Shown piece by piece: positions 36,591-50,516 of a stretch of 64,000 bases of DNA. A program made the translations under genes and the position numbers. Origin of the DNA: Moniliella sp. 'wahieum' (Eukaryota). Within the stretch, counting starts at the first letter, position 1, and every line of letters starts with the position of its first letter. The stretch covers positions 248,001-312,000 of the forward strand of contig RSEE01000059.1 of the NCBI GenBank assembly GCA_003971905.1, read 5' to 3'. A model generated the notes under the pieces. It worked only from the letters and a program-made list of their open reading frames with translations. It searched no databases and was not told the DNA's origin.

Positions 36591-38610
36591 CGGATATTCA
36601 TTGGACAGAGCAATTGTAGGTGGTCACAGAATGACCCCATCAAACGGACCAGAGCGAATGACACCAGTCGACAAATACGGGTTAACGACAGAGTGTTACA
36701 TTTGCGGACCGGCTTGCCCTTCAAACTGTCCTTCACGCAAAATCTACCTTTTGCTTAATGAACGCGGTGTGCGTGTGCGATCTGTCCCAATGACGTGGAA
36801 GATTGTTATTGGAAGTCTCGCTCATCCACTGGCCGTCTGGCAAGGTGATGTGCAGAGCCACGTCGCGTCGCGTCAGATGCCCAGGGACGTACCGATGTCC
36901 AGTAGCTCCCCACGATAAAGGCTAGGGACAAAGGTGACCGTGCCAACATACGCGCTGTGTATAGTTAGAGCACATTGCAGAGCACAGTCGGCAACACATC
37001 ACGAGCCGGAGGGCGAAGTGCACCCAATTGACCTGGCAGTAGGCCCGGTGGTCTCCTAGTCTGACATATTAATGTCAGATGTGGACCAGTAGAGATGGTG
37101 GCCAGCGTTCGCCGGTTGGAGCCAACTGAGATCGTGCTTGCGCGCCGGAGCGCATGGTGCACGAATAATGCCTGCTGCAGTATTGTAGCTGGGTTATTGG
37201 TCGCGACTCGGTGTGCCCGGTGTGATCTTGGTGATGTCGGACGTCCTTGTGTCGAAAAGACAAGTACGGGTATCGACGACATCCGGTGCACATCCAATGG
37301 CTGGCAGTGCGGGGATCGCTGAAGCAAGAGTTGGAGGAGCTAGGGCTCCAGTCTCCAGTACCTTGGTGTCGATACATTGCGGGGTTACCGACTGCGAACG
37401 TTTGAATGTGCGACTCAACTTGCACTGTTGCTTGTTTCTTCGATCTGTTGGTCATCAGGCACTCAACACACGCAGCCTTATTCCCTCACCAGGCCTCACC
37501 ATTGAGCGACAGTTGCCTACTGCCGGTCACGGGCGAAGACGGTTTGGCAAGCCCAACGAAGCCTAAGCGCGCCTTTCGCCTTCCTAACCCCATCCCCAAG
37601 TTGGTCGTAGGGTCAGATTTAATCTGGAGACGATAGTCGCCCCGTGCCCTTTGCCTTTTTAGGTTGCCCGTACCCAAACCGCCTGCCCTGTTTTCCCGTG
37701 TCCCCCGTTCTTCCTCTATGCTACACAGCCTTTTAAGTTGCCACATTTGCAGCCGCCTCTACTATACGCCAAGGCTTTCCCCTTGTCCCTATCCTCTCCG
37801 CTCGCACCATCCAATCAGCCCAAGCGCGTAACAACCGTGAGTCGACCTTAGTATTTCCAATGGATTAGACCCCTTAACCCCCCCGGTCGGGCCCCCTGGC
37901 AGCGCCCGCCCTTACACTCCTGGTATAGAGAATGTTGGGCGTTTCCCTGCAGCAACAGCGCATCAGCGCTTCTTCAGTTAGGCCCCTGGGCCTGACTAGC
38001 CAAATCCGGCCAGGGGGCAAAAGACTTGCCTAGATAGTATACGTTATGGACCCCCCCGCATGTGAGTGGCGCAATCTGCTCTACCCCCCCCGCACTGCAG
38101 CCCACACTTGACAAGAGCCAGCCAGACCCCCTGGTTCCTGCCTCTTTCCACACACACCCCACCAGCATCCCTCGCCGCCGTGTACCAGAGTAAGTGCAAC
38201 ATCCCGTCCAGGCAATGCTCGTGCGAGCCCCTCTCGCGGACCCAGCAGTATCGGCGGTCTAGCTCACACCCGCACCGTCTAGGTTGCCAGGCAGCCGAAA
38301 TGGACGAACCGGACATGGACGAGCCCGCCCCCATCCGGTCTCTTCGCCGCCGCCCCGCCCGCAGCCTGACGGTCCCTGAGACAGCGACAGATGACGATGA
38401 AGGCGCGCAGGCAAATGGTCCAGAAGACGTCGATCAAAATGACGCAAGCGATGCGCAAGATCACGCCCGTGCCCCTGGAGGCGTGCAGGATGCCATGGAT
38501 CAACGTGATCGGGGGAACGCTGGATGCAAGAGCTTCAAAGTGTGCGTGATGAATTTCAGAACTCCCTCGACGCCTTTTGGAGTGAATTCCACGCCACCCT
38601 CCAACAACAA

Positions 38611-38663
38611 CTCGAGACGAAGAAATTGGAAATGGGAGCGAGATCAGCCAAACTATGACAACG
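38611..38663 (+). repeat. LTR-like repeat fragment, copy C
   Basis: CGAAGAAATTGGA-AATGGGAGCGAGATCAGCCAAACTATGACAACG matches the reverse complement of ~8973-9030. Confidence 0.7.
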
Positions 38664-39573
38664 TCGAGGACGTATCTGACGTTCAAGTGGGTGACGTGGA
38701 TGACTATCTAACCTTCAGGGGGTTGACGTCGAGGACGTAACTGACCTGCAGCGCGTGCACTGGTTTGTATAGGTCATCCTAAACTAAATACTCTTCCGAC
38801 GTTTTTGAAGGTATCATTTTATACTTCGAACATTTATGACCTCTTCTTTTTTTAATCCGCTGTGTAGTACTAGCACGAAGGAGGCAAGTCAGTACGTGTA
38901 CTGAAGAGGCAGAGTTGCAGCTGACAGATGAGAAGCAACTTTTATTTTCCTTCTCTATAGACCACTTCGCTTTCATTCACAGTTGCTTGGAGTCACTAAC
39001 TTGGATGCGTCTTCGCCGACGACAGCACGATCCCCCTGGTCCCTTGACCCTGGTGGCGCCCCCAAGTTACCCCGCAAGATGAACGGTTAGGTTTAGAGAC
39101 GTAGCGTTCCGCTGTCCCAGCCTTAAGCTCTGTCAATGAAATGGACGTGACCTAGGGATATGACGAACAACGTCGTCCTCACCGCTATTGGGCTCGTCTG
39201 CCAGTCGGCTGATTTCCTTGTGGTCTGGCCAGTGGCATATGTGTTGAGCGTGAATAAGGGAAAAAGCAGAGCGTTGCAGACTATACGACTGTGGTTGGTG
39301 GGGCAGGGGGGAAAAATAAGCGGTGAAGCTTGAAGAGATTCTTACAACCCAGAACCGAGATGCCCTTTTCGGCCGGATCGTCCACCGTCACGTGATGTAC
39401 ATTCCAGACAGAGCGTTCCGCCTCGCCTCTGACGTCATGCGGCTGGCGCTGGGGCTGGCCAGGGCACCGGCTGAGTCGGATGTCTTGAGCCGGCGCGACG
39501 CGGCCTGGCTTCTTGCTCCTCCCCACCATGCCTGGCCAACCCACCCAGGGCTGGCCCCAGCCACGCCAAGCGC

Positions 39574-41480
39574 AATGGCGCACGCGCCTTGCCCACTGCC
39601 AAACCGTCCTCCAGCGCCACTGGCTCTTCGTTGGCCCCGGCATGCTCAGCGCGACGGTAAGTGGCCCCCGTGTCCCTGTGTCCCTGTGCCCCCGTGCCGC
39701 CCTGCCCGCCGCCCCTGCTCTGCCTGCGGACGTACTGACGCATCCCCTCTCTTCCATGCCCTCAGGGGTACATTGACCCCGGCAACTGGGCCGCCTCCCT
39801 CTCGTCGGGATCCTTGACCGGGTACAGCTTGCTGACCGTCGTGCTTGCTGCCTCGCTCTTTGCTGTGCTGTTGCAAGTCCTCAGTGCCCGGCTGGGCATT
39901 GTGACCGGCATGGACCTGGCCCAGGCCGCACGCGCCTACCTCCTTACTGGGCGGCCGATCGTCTGGCCAAGAACGAAAGCGAACTGGACATCTCCACCTT
40001 GCGTGAGCGCGCCTTTCTCCGAAGGGGAATGGAGAATCCGCCATGCGACCCTGTGGGCGCTCTACATCATCTCGGAATTGAGCATCATCGCAACTGAGTT
40101 GGCTGAGATCATGGGCTCAGCCATTGCCTTGAACCTGTATGTCCTCTTCCTTTCCCTGTTCCTGTTCCTCTCCCTCGCCGGCTGCCACTTCCTTTCCGAC
40201 CCAACCCAATTCGGCTCAAGAGGACTGACCCCCATGACGGTATGAGACAGTTTATTTCCCTTTATTCCGCTCTGGGCGGGCGTACTGCTCACATCGTTGG
40301 ACGTCTTTGGCCTGCTCCTGCTCTACCGGCCTGAAAGGGGCCCGCCACGGCTGTTTGAGTTGCTCATTTCCATCCTCGTACGTTACCTGTCTGTTCCCCT
40401 GTCTTTGGCCGGGGTGGATGGCTCGCACCTAACCTCCTTTCCCACAGGTCTTTGTCGTGCTAGGCTGCTTTGTTGTGCTCACGGTCCGCGTTGGACCCGA
40501 CTGGAGCGACGTGCTGGTTGGTTTCATCCCTTCCTCCGTCCTGCTCCAGCCACGACCGATTTTCCTCGGCGTCAGCATCCTCGGGGCCACCGTGATGCCC
40601 CATGCGCTCTTCCTGGGAAGCCACGTGGGCACGATCAACCGCCTCCCGGAGTTGTGGTACCTCCCCAATCCTTGTCCCAGGGGGCACAAGCAGAGGAGGA
40701 GGAGGAAGAACCAGAACAGGAACCGGAACAGGGAGACGAAGAGGAAGACGAAGAGGCCCACAAAGTCCCACTTTCGCTTCCTGTTATCCGCCTTCACCTC
40801 CGTCATGCCAGTGCCGACATTATCGTTTCCCTGCTCGGGTTTGCGATGGGAATCAATGCGTTGATCCTGATCGTCGCCGCTGCTGCGTTTTACCGCCCCG
40901 ACAAGGGCAGTGGCAGTGGCGAGGTGGGCGGGTGGGGACCTGTTTGATGCGTATGCGCTGTTGAAAACGTACCTGGGCCAAGGCTCAGCTACCGCGTTTG
41001 CCATTGCGCTGCTTGCGTCGGCCCAGTGCTTTCCATCACCGTCACACTTGCTGGCCAGATCATCTCGGAAGGGTTTGTGCGGTGGAAGATCCCGCCTCTG
41101 CAACGCCGCTTGGTCACCCGGCTCTTGGCCATCGTACCTTCCTTTTTTGTGGCTGCGGCGGTGGGACGGAGCGGGCTGAACGAGATGCTGATCGTGTCGC
41201 AAGTGGCCTTATCGATGGCACTCCCGTTTGTCACGCTCCCTTTGCTCCTGCTCACATCGTACAAGCTGGTGATGCGGATCGGCAAGCGGCGGTCCCCATC
41301 GGAGCAGCCCCGACCGACTCGACCGAGCACACCGCGCTGCTTGCCCCAGCATCCGACTGGGTCTCGTTTGCCAATCCGTGGTGGATGTGCTGTCGTGGGC
41401 GACGTTTGTAGTCATTTGCGTGGCCGATGGGTTTGTGTTGGCCACGGGCGGGTAAGGCCCACGTTGCCACGACCTCGGTG
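39574..41480 (+). CDS. NRAMP-family divalent metal transporter (SMF-like); at least 3 introns, apparent frameshifts, ends approximate
   Basis: FVGPG, YIDPGNW, GYSLL...LQVLSARLGIVTGMDLA, LAEIMGSAIALNL, ILGATVMPHALFLGS, TLAGQIISEGF, RRLVTRLLAIVPS, SQVALSMALPF. Introns ~39657-39765, ~40137-40250, ~40378-40448. Confidence 0.92.
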
Positions 41481-42399
41481 ACCGAACCCAAATGCCAGGG
41501 CGGTCAGCGGTCAACGTTCAACTTGAACACGAAAGGATACATGTTCACCAGATGGACTTGTCGCGTTGGATGGGGGTAGCCATTGGACGGTCCACCGGCT
41601 TGGCGATAGATGGGTGAATTTGATGCCGCGTGGATTTGTCTGGGACAGGGAGCTTGGTTGACGCGGTTGACGCGGTTGACAAATGCATCCCCTTGAGAGT
41701 GATCAATGTTCAAAATTACATTTGTTCGACCATGTCGCATGAGGACCAACATACAAATGCGGGCAATGGCAGTATGTGTGCAACCTTTGACAAGTACGGT
41801 CCATCAAGTGTTCCTCGCGGTATGTGCCTCACGCCTTTTACTTGAAGCACCCAGGGGCGCGCTTGATCATTAAATGGACCTGTGGACTTTTTCAATTGCT
41901 ACCCGTGTTCCTCAGCGAGCGTGGAGCTTCCTTCGCCTGTGCCGCCGGCGCAGGAGAATCTTTTTGGCGTACACTGGTGCCGGTCGGTAGCTGCCAGCAC
42001 CACTGTAGCCCATTCGATGCTTGAATCCTTCGTCTTTGCCAAGGGTGTGTTCAACTAGAAGATGCTTATTGCCGATGGATGTGATCGGCTAGGCGACCAC
42101 TCTGCAGCTGACCGGTCCACCACGCTCTCAGATCCCATTGACCTCGTCCCAGCCGTCGTCGAGGGTTACAACGTGCCACGTGCCACCTGGCCCTGCAAGA
42201 TGGAGCAAGCGCCTTTCCCATGCCTACCAGGGATCATACATGTGCGTAATCGAACCGGTTGGACACAGTCGATAGATACCAAGAGACAAGGAACGAAAAG
42301 ATGCAGCAGCAAGATAGCAGAAAACCGCAGAAGATAGCAGGCCCGAACCAGCGAGCCCAGCCCTTCTGCCCTGGTCGGAAGGAGGAGGAGGGGGGAGGA

Positions 42400-44390
42400 G
42401 GGGGGGGAGGGAAGGCACCTACCCAAGCCAATGTGCTTCAAGCACATTCCCCATTCGGCCACGACCCAAATCGAGCCCGCCACGCGTGCACCCTCGTCGG
42501 GGTTCAATGGCGAAAGGGAGCGACCGAGGGGCGGTAGGACGAAGGAGGGGCACGAATGCCATTGTCAGGCAAGGAAGGAAGGCTTTGGATCGGGCTGGAA
42601 ACCTGGACCGGTCGTCGGTCCCTGCCCAACCGTTTTTCCGTCGACGCGTTCATGCGCGGAGCGATCGCCGGCGGGTTGAGTGAAGGCAGGCGCGGCAGGT
42701 CTAGCGACGCTCGACGGTGGCCCGGGGTGGAGGAAAAATCAACCGCCTGGCGCGTCCGATCCTCCCCCGCCTTGGCGTACCCGTACCGCTACCCGTAGCT
42801 GTAGCCGTAGACACTTTCCACCCTCCGCAATTCTTTTCGTGCAGCCCGCGCGGCCGAGGTGGAGTTGGAGCGCGGCTGAATCGTCGGTGGACGCAGCGAG
42901 GAGACAGGGGGCAGACCTTGGATCGAGGCGCGGCGATGGCCCGGAGTCGAAGAGAAGTCTACCTCCTTGCGTGCCCGGGGAGGGGGGGGTGGGAAGCGGT
43001 ACGGTTCGTCGGCCTCGAAGCTTCCTGTGGCGGGGAGGAACTCGAACTGGTACGTGCCATTCGCGGCATGGGCACCGTGCTGGTCAGAGTGAGACTTTGA
43101 CGACGCCGTGCCTCGGCCGCTCGGTTGCTCCGCGGTGGCACATTCGGCTGGCGAAACGACGGGCGGAGGCACACTTGGCCAATCCGTTTGTGCCGGGCGT
43201 CTGCGACGAGTTAGTGGCTCAGCCAAACACGAGAGGGGACGGAGAGAGGCAGAAGACAATGGAGGAGGAAGAGAGGAGGAGAGGAGGAGAGGAAGAGAGA
43301 AGAAACCGTACGTACCGAAGAAAAGTCAAATGGCTTGCGATCCCTAACTGGAGTCGGCGACGGCATCTCGTGGCGCGATCCCGACTTGCGCGCCGCACTG
43401 GCCCTGGTTTCCCGGGGCGGGGACAGAGGGTGCGGCCAAAGCCGGTACAGTGAACTTCTAGAGAACGACGTTTGTGGCCGGGGGTGGTGGTACTGTAATC
43501 GACCTCTTTGCGTGCCCGAGGCGGTCGGTGGCCTGGCCGGCCCTGCCACCGATGAATGGTAGAGGCGGGCAGCTGAGGGCACGGTTCATGCGTACTTTGA
43601 CCGTGGGAGGCGCAAGCGACGACGGGTGGGGACTGGCGCTTTGGGAAGACCAGAGATACCGACATTCGTGCTGTCGGAAGTGGAACTGGTGAGGCTCGGG
43701 GGGTGCGGGGGCTTGGGCGGGAGCGGGATGCCCATGCGGAGCATGGCTGCGCGTGACAGACGGGGGTGATGCTCGGCTCGTGCAACGACGCGGGCACCGG
43801 CGCGCGCGAACGTTCGCCTGCGCCAAAGGTATCTCCTCGTCCGGCTCGAGGCGTGTCGACCTGGGCAATTTCTTCCAGCTCAAGCGGCTCCCCCTCGCAG
43901 CTAGGTACGCACGCCCTTCGTCGTCGTAGTAATGTCGTCGCGTCAACGAAAGTGTCTCTCCGTATACTCGTACTCGTACTCTAGGCTCGTGCTCAATTCC
44001 AGCCGTTCGCACAAGTGGGCGAGGGCTCGTCGTGGGCAGAGGCAAGCACGACCCTGCCTCTGGCTCGGGTTCGGGCTCCGTTCGGGCGGGCGGCAGTGCT
44101 GGGCTGGTTCTGGGTGCGGTGTGGGCTCCAGTTCCAGTTCCGGTTCTGGATCGGGCTCTGGCTCTGGTTCGAGTGTTGGTTCAGGGGTTGGTTCGGGCGT
44201 CGGGTCGGGCGTGGGTTCAGGAACTGGTTCGGGACCGTTGGACGCGGCGATGGCGCAGGCTGGGCGTGGAGGTGGAGCGGGCGACGGCGGCGGCAGCCGG
44301 GGCGCTGCTATGGGCGTGGGCAGGGAAGAGGAGGGCGACGTGGTCGGCCGCAATGGCAGCCGGGGGCGCGTAGAAGGCGTCGGTTCCATG
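42400..44390 (-). CDS. Hypothetical Pro-rich protein with (EP)n repeat; intron ~43201-43314; boundaries uncertain
   Basis: Clear minus-strand intron (GTACGT...CACTAAC...GCAG). Protein-like segments YYDDEGRAYL and a duplicated PPRARKEVD motif. Confidence 0.5.
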
Positions 44391-45213
44391 GAGCTGGCGC
44401 AGCGGCGGCTGGCCATCGGGGGGCGGGGCGGGCGGGGAGGAAGGGGGCACGGCAGGGCGCGTCTCGCAGGGGCCGAGGAGCTGGTGGAGGAGAAGAGAAG
44501 GGGAGGTGGCGGGGCGGGTGCTGGCGAGTAGGACGCAGTATGCGGGGCCCGGGGCGAGGCCCGGGGTGGGCAGGTGGGGGTCGAGGCGGCGAGGAGGGCC
44601 ACGTCGTCGGCGGACAGGGTGGCGGCTGCTCGTCGGCGATGGCCAGGCCGGCACGCTCGAGGCGGCGGAGGATGGCGAGGCGGTGGACCTTGGCGGCGCC
44701 GCGGCGGGACGAGGACGGTGTGGTCGGCGGCGTGCATGCCGGGGAGGGCGGGGGTGGGGTGGGGAGTAGGCAGCATGCTGAATGCTCAGCGCACGGGCAG
44801 GCGGAGGGCGGCGCGGGCGGCGGCTGCTCCACATGCCAGCCACCGCTGCAGGGGGGGAGCACAGCGGAGCCAGCCTGCGCCCAGCACGGCGCCTGTCACC
44901 TGTCGCCTGTCACGTGTCAGTGTCACTGCCGCCCGTCACAATCACACGCAGCGCCATGCATGTCACCGGCACCTGCCCCCTGCTGCCCCCCACACTGTGC
45001 CTGTGCGCCCCTCTCGCTACGGCTGCCTGCTGCTGCTCGTCCCTTGCAGATCATCCATCTGCATGCATTGCATTGCATTGCATCTGCATCACCCCCCGCA
45101 GCCTCCGGCGTCACGTGATATGGATATCCCCGCCCGACGCTACCGTACAACGCACACATATATAGCCCACCCCACTCGCTCGGCAGTCGCATCCCATTCG
45201 CCTCGCCGCGCGC

Positions 45214-46982
45214 CTACAGCTCCCGCCCCGCGAGCACGCGCTCCCGCTCGCGGCACTGCTCGACGCGCGCCGCGGCGGCCGCCCCCCACACCTGCACCGG
45301 CGACGCGCCCTGCTTGAGCACCTGCGCCTCGTGCACCTTGCCCTGCTCGCGCGTGAACAGCGCCACATTGTGCCACGACAGCGGCAGCGTGCTGTCCCAG
45401 CGCAGCAGCACGCCCTGCGACACGTGCTGGAACGGCGGCACGACACTCCCCCCGAAAACAGCTCGTCAAACATCTCCTGCACATCCTGCAGCGAAAACGG
45501 CAGCGCCTGGCTGCCGGCCGTGCGCTTCTCGACAAGAGCAGGTCCATGTGCAGCTTGTCGTACATCTTGCGCCGCCGCTTGTGCGCCAGCGGCTCCATCC
45601 CATGCCCCGCGATCGCACACATAATGTACGTCGCTGCCGCCAGCCCAAACATCGCCGGCAGCGGACCCAGCAGGCAAGATCCGCACACGGAACTGTTCCA
45701 GCGGACTCAGCTCATGCGCGTTCCCAGCGGCATACTCTTCCTCGGGCAGCGGCAGGAGCGAGACGGTCGGTTTTCTCCGTGCTGTACACACACGGGCAAC
45801 ATGAACCGTGGCTCGGCCTCCGCGGCGGGGGCCGGGACAGACTCCGTTGCTTTCTCCTTGTTCTCCGTTTGGGGCGCCTCCTCCCCAGACACGGGGAGCG
45901 CGTCGGGCGAGAGTTCGGTAAGCGACGGGTTCGGACGCCTCCTTCTCCTCCTTCTCCTTCTCGGCGCGGCGCTGCTTGGACTTCTTGACGGCTGGGGGTA
46001 GGTGCTGTTTGGGCGGGAGTTCAGGGATGCCCATGGCGCGCAACCTGCGCCGGACCGAGGCCGCCAAGGGGTCTTCAGAGGTATCGGAGATGTCAGAAAT
46101 TTGGATGCGCGACGGATCGGCTTTACCGCCCGCGCCCATCGAGGCAAACACAGGCACCTTTTCCGGTAGCAGTACGCCAACAGCGCCACCTTGGTTTCAA
46201 TGTTATCGATCGCGTCCAGCACAAAGTCGGGGCGGTCCTGGCCTGGCGCGGCGGCGCCGGGCGTACCTTGGTCCGCAGGCAAGGGCGTGAGCAGGAGTCG
46301 CTCAGCCTCGTCGGCACGGTACACCTCTACCATCGGTTCCACCTTGGCCCAGGGCGATCTTGGCAAAAAGTCGGCGCAGCACTCGACTTTTGGCCGCCCG
46401 ACATCCGCCAACACCGCACACGCGTGCCGGTTCAACGACGATAACGATACTTGATCAAAATCAATCAGCCGGATCCGGCCCACCCCGGACCGAAGCAGCA
46501 TCAGCGCCCCCACGAGCCTACCCCGCCAGCACCAACGACGACGACGTACGAGCGGCGCAACTTGGCCATACCTTCCTCGCCTAAAAACGCATAGTTGCGC
46601 GCCAACTGTTCCCGTAGCAGATCTTCGTCCCACTCGCCCCGCTGCGCCGCCGCGGCCCAGCGCACATCCGCGTCGGCCGAGCCCGCAGGAGGCAGCGCAG
46701 CAGGTAAGTTGGTGAGGTACTTGGGCGAGGCGTGGGTGCCCATCTGGCTGGGCGGGGTCGGGCCCAGCTGGGAGCGGGCGAGAAGGTTAAGCTCGGCGCG
46801 CAGGCGGCGGCGCACGAGACGATGGTAGTACAGCATCGCGCCGGCCGTGGCGACGGAGGAGGTGGCGACCAGGCCGAGCACCACGAGCTGCACGCGCTTC
46901 CGTAGCGCACGGCTCTCCTCCTGCGCGGGGGGGCGTGGCTGCCCAGCAGCAGACGCAGCCAGAACGAAGGAGCGTCCGACAT
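45214..46982 (-). CDS. ThiF/E1-like tRNA threonylcarbamoyladenosine dehydratase (TCD1/TCD2-like); many apparent frameshifts
   Basis: EQLARNYAFLGEEG, VVVVGAGGVGSW, RSGVGRIRLIDFDQVSLSSLNRHA, FVLDAIDNIETKVALL, SMGAGGKADP, SEDPLAASVRRRL, LGPLPAMFG. Confidence 0.92.
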
Positions 46983-47522
46983 GAGGAGCGAGCGGGCAGG
47001 CGAGCAGGGCAGTGGCTGCGCTGTGGCTGTGGCTGGGGAGCGCTGCTGGGGTGGTTGGTGGGGGTGGGTTAGTGCGGCCCATGCCCGTTGGGAAGGGGAA
47101 TCTGCCTGGTGCATTGAAGCTGCGTGCTGGGCGTGACGTCTCAGCAGGCCACACGCGGCGCCTGCCAGCGCTGGGCTGGGGCCATTCGGCGAGGGAAAAA
47201 AATACGTGCAAAAAACCGAGATTGAAATTGCAAGGCATGGGCCCGTCACGTGAGCGCGTGAGCCACCAAGCGCCAGGGCGAAATATATACACGCTGCTCT
47301 GCTGTGGGAATCCGTGCCTGGCGGGGCGGGGTATTCTTCCCCGCCCTGATCTACACCACAATGCCCCCGCTGTTGGCATCCGCAGTCACCTGTCGAATCA
47401 CCTCTACGTCTCCCCCTCGTCCGTACCAACGAGGCACGGGGGCGCGCAGGCCAAAGAATGCCACATTCGGATTCACATTGCCCTGTAGGATGTATCGCAC
47501 CGGGGGGGCGTGCACAAAAAAC

Positions 47523-50237
47523 TTACGCTTGCGCCTCCTCCTCCTCCTTGGGCACCAGCACGACCAACGGCGTGCCCTGCGCGACCAAGTCGCCCTTGGC
47601 CAAGGGAGCGACAGAACGAACGACGCCATCGCGCGGGGCGCGCAGCACATGCTCCGTCTTCATCGCTTCCACTACCACCAGCGCATCGCCCTGCTTCACC
47701 TCGCTCCCCGCCTCCACGTACACCTCCACCATCCGACTCGGCATCGGACTCACTACCCCCGCCCCCTCTCCCGCCGTAGCGGCGCCGTTTGGCCCACCCA
47801 CGACGGCGCAGGCACCAGCAGGTCCACTTGGGTCTCCTCCCCCTCCAGGTGGGGCAGCAACACGGTCAGCTTCTCGCCTTCCTCTTGCAGTTGCGTCGCG
47901 GTCCGAGGATGGCGAACGAGACGGGCGGAAATGGTTTGGCCCTGCGGTTCGGGTTCGGCTCCGGCTCCGGATCCAGATCGCGCGGCAGGCGGCGAGGCCA
48001 AAGAGAGCAGCGTCAGACGTACCTCGACCGACGTTGGGGCACCTAGACGGTCCGCTTGGCCAGTCTCGGCTGGTTCAATCTGCTGCACATGTACCTGCAC
48101 CCAGTCCGACTCGTCTCCCGTACCACATGCACGTCCACCCGCTCCGCACCCTCCACGGGCTTAATCTCCACGGTTGCCTCGGTCTCACGGAGGGGATCGA
48201 GCAAGGTCGTGGTCCACGTGTTGGCCTGGGCTGAGTTGCGAAAGCCCGTCAGCGCCGTACTGGCACCGGAGGCCAACTGCAGCTGCGGCAACCAGCTAGC
48301 TACCGCTGCCACGAGCGCGGCGTGGAGCGGGACAGGCTGCGCTTGCAGGGGCGGTAACAGCTCCGCGCCGTACATGGCCAAAAATGCCGTTTCTACCTCG
48401 CCGCGCACCAGCGCCGGGTGGCGCGTGAGGCGCGTGAGCAACGCCAAGTTGGTGTGCGGACCGACAACTTGACACTGCGCCAGGGCATGGTGCAAGCGCC
48501 GCAACGCATCCTCCCGGTCCGTGCCGGTCGCAATCACCTTGGCGATCATCGGGTCGTAGTGCACGCTCACCTCGTCGCCCTGTTGCACCCCGGCATCGAT
48601 CCGCACCCCTCCGTGCCGGAGCGAGGGCGGTACCGGCGCGCCCTTGCCCCGCACCGCCGCTTCCGGCGCTTGGTACGTCGTGCCGGGCAAGGCGAGGTGG
48701 AGCAACGGGCCGGACGAAGGTAGGTAGCCCCCGCGCGGATGTTCGGCGTAGAGACGCGCTTCGAACGCGTGCCCAGATAGGTTGGCCACCACTTGGGCTT
48801 GCGTCAGCGGCAACGGACGGCCAGCGGCAACTTGGATTTGGAGCGCGACCAGGTCGACGCCCGTAATGGCTTCCGTCACAGGGTGTTCCACTTGCATCCG
48901 AAACGGCAAGAGAGACTCAGGTCAGTATCGGCACTGCAGGGGAAGCGCTCGGGGGGGGGGGGGGGGGGGGGGGAGGGCGAAAGACCAGAGATGGGGAAAG
49001 CACAAAACCAACAAACTCACCTTGCAAGCGCGTGTTCATCTCACAAAAGAAAAACTCTTCTGGATTGGTCGCATCCAACAAAACTCGACCGTGCCTGCAG
49101 CGGCCTTGTACCCAGCCGCCTGGGCCGCCTGCACAGCCGTCGTGCCCAGGCGATCGAGCAGGGCCGGGTCCCGCCGGCGCCGGCGCTTCCTCCAACACCT
49201 TCTGGTGCCGGCGCTGGTACTGCAGTCGCGCGTGCCGAGGTGGACGGTGGTGCCGTTGGCATCGGAGATCACCTGTACCTCCACATGCCGCGGGCGGGCC
49301 AACCAGCGTTCGAGCAGGACGCGCGGATCGCCAAAGCCAGCTTGGGCTTCGCGTTGCGCCGAAGCCAACAGGGCCGGGAACTCGGCTGCGGACCGAGCTA
49401 CTTTCATGCCTTTTCCGCCGCCTCCGGCCGTGGGCTTGATCAAGATCGGGAAGCCGATTTGGTGCGCTTGGTCCAGCAGGTACTGCGGGTCTTGCTCCGC
49501 GCCGTGGTAGCCAGGCACGCACGGCACGCCCGCAGCTTGCATCAAGTCTTTGGACGCTGACTTGCTGCCCATGGCCGAGATGGCGTGGGCGGGCGGACCG
49601 AGGAAGACCAGGCCGGCGTCCTGTACCCGTGGCAAACTCGGCGTTTTCCGATAAAAAGCCGTAGCCCGGATGGATCATTGCTGCGCCCGTCGCGAGCGCA
49701 GCGTGGATCACCTTGTCCATCAACAGGTACGAGTGCGACGACGGTGCCGGGCCCAGCCGCACAGCCTGATCGGCCATCTGCACAAACTGCGCACTCGCAT
49801 CCACATCCGAGTACACCGCCACCGTTTCAATGCCCATCGCACGACAGGTCGCCATCACCCGACACGCAATCTCGCCCCGGTTGGCAATCAGGATCTTGCT
49901 CGGCAGCGGCGCATGCGGATCCAGCGCCACGGTACCGCCGGCCGTGCTGGGCGCAGACGGCGCCGGGGGGGGGGGGCAGAGGCAGAGGCAGAGGCGGAGG
50001 AGGCCAAGGAGGAGGCGAGGCGGGCGAGCGGGAGGGGGGTGCCGCTGCGGGCGCGCGCGGGGCAGGGCGGCGGCGGGGCAGGGGCACGCAGGGGGCGGGG
50101 GCGAGCGGGGCAGGGTGGGGGGGGCGATCGGGCGGGCGGGAGCATGGTGGGGGTGGGGTGGGGGTGCTTGCGGGGGGGGAGGAGGCGCCGAGGGGGTATA
50201 TAGCGACGCGCACAAGCGCTGGGCCGCTGCGAGCCAT
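47523..50237 (-). CDS. MCCA: Biotin carboxylase/biotinyl subunit, likely 3-methylcrotonyl-CoA carboxylase alpha; intron 48891-49020, apparent frameshifts
   Basis: [86 protein letters not shown], biotinyl motif EAMKTEH. Confidence 0.88.
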
Positions 50238-50516
50238 GCGGCGCGCCGGCTGTGTGGCACGCCTCGACCGCACTGGGCCCGGGCGCCGGCGGATGGGGGT
50301 TGACTTAAAGTAGTGCTGCCCCACCCAGCGAATAGCCTGGGGTAGCACCCCCACCCTGCCTCCGCTCAACATTTCAATCCCCCTGCCTCGCCTGTTTGCT
50401 ATGCGCCTTCCCTCCCCGCGCACAGCCGATAGGGTAGCATTAGCAGAGCAAACCCAGTGTCCGTCGATGCAGTCAGTGTATCGCAGCTCCATCCCCCGCG
50501 CACCCCGTCGCGCAGC

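Noticed and set aside
48951..48973. Long G homopolymer (also the C run at 5783-5797) as a G-quadruplex or regulatory element
   Set aside because: These are intronic pyrimidine tracts on the sense strand, and their lengths are unreliable in an indel-prone assembly.
5570..50237. Acyl-CoA/propionate catabolic gene cluster (MPC2, thioesterase, methylcitrate synthase, MCCA)
   Set aside because: The genes are spread over 45 kb among unrelated housekeeping genes; no methylcitrate dehydratase, lyase or MCC beta subunit is present.
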